A DNA stretch of 58,533 nucleotides, the filler included, from Jimgerdemannia flammicorona (taxonomy: Eukaryota), in assembly GCA_003990765.1 (NCBI GenBank). It is 3 parts of 3 records of this genome, joined end to end, with 100 filler letters (N's around TTAATTAATTAA, not from the genome) between each part and the next. Parts side by side here need not be neighbours in the genome. Positions count along the whole stretch, not along the records: positions 39,094 to 58,533 come from RBNJ01001938.1; 2 more parts are not named here. The stretch is one strand, 5' to 3'. The notes beneath the pieces were generated by a model. The model was given only the letters and a program-made list of their open reading frames with translations. It was not told the DNA's origin and did not search any database. Below are positions 56,729-58,533 of this stretch, one piece after another. The stretch's first letter is position 1. Every line of letters starts with the position of its first letter. Position numbers and translations under genes: made by a program.

Positions 56729-58492
56729 TGTCATGTAGTGGTTACTGAGTCCTTCAAATACACCAGATTCTCTTCAAGGTATATCTCTTAGACTAACTCA
56801 AGTTGTTATAAGCAAGTTCTTATTGGAGTGCCTTCCCAAGGTCTTATAGTCCTCAAACTTCTTATCTTTAACTGTCTTGTTATCTCTTAGATTGCTTGCA
56901 AGGAATTGTGTATTGCACTGAGAGGAACTATATTATATACATTGTCATATAGTGGGTATTGAGTTCTTCAAATACATCAGATTCTCTTCAAAGTATATCT
57001 CTTAGACTAACTATAAGTTTGTTATAAGCAAGTTCTTATTGGAGTGCCTTCCCAAGGTCTTATAGTCCTCAAACTTCTTATCTTTAAACTGTCTTGTTAT
57101 CTCTTAGATTGCTTGTAAGGAAGTATATGTATTGCACTGAGAGGAACTGACTTTATTTCAGAGGAAATAAGAGAGGTATTTATACAAAATATAATTCAAT
57201 AGTTGCTAAGATATAAAGCTAAATATAAATTCCAATAACTAAAACTACTAAGTTCCAGGGCTGGCATTATTTAGTACCATATCAAAATACCGGTGCTGGA
57301 ACAATTTCGCATCACCTCAGAATACCAGTGCTGGCATTATTCAGTGTTACATGAGAATACCAGTGCTGGCATTATCCAGTGTAACAAAGAACTTAGAGCA
57401 GAAAGTTCAGGATCATGGGAACTTCATCATCATCATCATCATCATCACTGAAGGAGATGAGGTCTGCAAATTCATTATGTAGGTCATGTGTTTCGCATAC
57501 TTCACATGCCTCGTCACACGGTTCATGTGCTTCAGGTATGTCGTGTGGGATGACATCATCGATGACGTCATCACGTTCGGCTGTGGCAGGGAAGTCAGGA
57601 ACAAGGTCTGGGGCTCTCCAGTCTATGAGGTTCTCTTCCACAAAATAGGGGACAAATGTGGGGTCTTGGGGAGATCTAACCTGGATGCTTGGGCCTTGGA
57701 ATACTGAGATCAATCCTTGCAGGAATTGGTCTGGGTTGTTCTGAAGGATAGGGTGCCAGAAGTCTTCTACTTCTTTGCTGTTGAGGGTGATGGTGGACTG
57801 GGCTTTTGTGGCTACCCTGGCTTCTAGTGCATTGATACAGTGGGATGACAGGTCTCTGAAGTCTGAGACTCTAACATATTCCAAGTTGGGGATCGACTAT
57901 GGTGCATGCCTGAAGATCTGATGGATCTTCTTTGCTGTCCTTGCCTCACGTAAGTCCATGGGGGTGATATCTTGTAGCTCTTGAGGGCTGGCCTGTGGGA
58001 ACTCCTGACAGAGGAGGTTTCCTATTTCGTACTCCTGCCATATTTGGAGGCATTCAGTGGCAATGGTGATCCTTGTTTCCATTTCACAGTGGTAGAGGAT
58101 AAAGTGATAAGGGTCTGCAGTACCCAGGTTGACACTAGGAGTCCTTCTTGAGTGAGTCCTCATGGCTTTTCTGATGTCTTGGAACATCCTTTCCTCGACC
58201 GAGATACCTTGATGATTCCTTGACCTTGAGGTTTGACAAGCAGCAGGCATTTTGTTTGTGGTAAGTCTTTGAGCTATTTTGGGATTGGGGGTTCTTGTTG
58301 GTTGCTGCTACTGTAGTTCCTTGATTCTTCTTTTATATTCTTCAGGATGCTTGTACTGTGGTCACAATGACTCACAGTTGGTCATCATTGCTCATCTCGT
58401 ATGCTGTATGATCTTCTTGTACTCTGATCTGGTGGCTTGTAAAGAAAGGCTGTCTCCTGTGCTGATGTCATCATTCTGGGGTCACTGTTACA
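56729..58492 (-). mobile_element. 3' LTR of retroelement E (~1.55 kb plus duplicated R-U5)
   Basis: Minus strand: PPT AGGAGGAAGA (58493-58502), then TGTAACA start at 58492, main TATAAATA at ~57177-57184, ends ...ATGACA at 56943 and again at 56729. 35-bp repeats at 57255-57385. Confidence 0.82.
57393..58250 (-). pseudogene. LTR-embedded accessory ORF, 285 codons with one in-frame TAG
   Basis: ORFs 57897-58250 and 57393-57884 are in the same frame. ACAAACAAA-ATG start, TATAAAAG at ~58330-58337, acidic C-terminus with a small CDEACEVC motif. Confidence 0.75.
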
Positions 58493-58533
58493 TCTTCCTC
58501 CTGAATAAGGATCTTCCTGAGCATCCTTATTCA

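Overview
Eukaryotic, almost certainly fungal DNA. The spliced genes, the type of class I SAM-methyltransferase and the TE complement suggest an early-diverging lineage such as Mucoromycota/Endogonales (inference). Two 100-nt N/TTAATTAATTAA linkers (19449-19548, 38994-39093) mark assembly joins. About two thirds of the window is nested, hypermutated transposon DNA. It holds at least five LTR retroelements (four clearly Ty3/gypsy-type, two families with dUTPase, one element nested in its own family with a 5-bp TSD), three L1/Tx1-like LINE fragments, a degenerate hAT transposase with two matching MITEs, and a U6 snRNA retrocopy. CpG-rich gene islands hold two intact multi-exon methyltransferases, an intronless proline-iminopeptidase-like hydrolase and several pseudogenes, including a long intronless double atypical-kinase + LRR gene. 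Main observations: (1) two different LTRs each carry, inside U3, a homologous unknown gene with its own TATA box, and sister LTRs of one family swap this U3 cassette; (2) a small CPHG...CxxC module accompanies dUTPase in two gypsy families with permuted domain order; (3) repeats show a near-pure C>T transition signature at CpG and CpA that spares TpC, resembling RIP, and it also affects the LRR end of a host gene.
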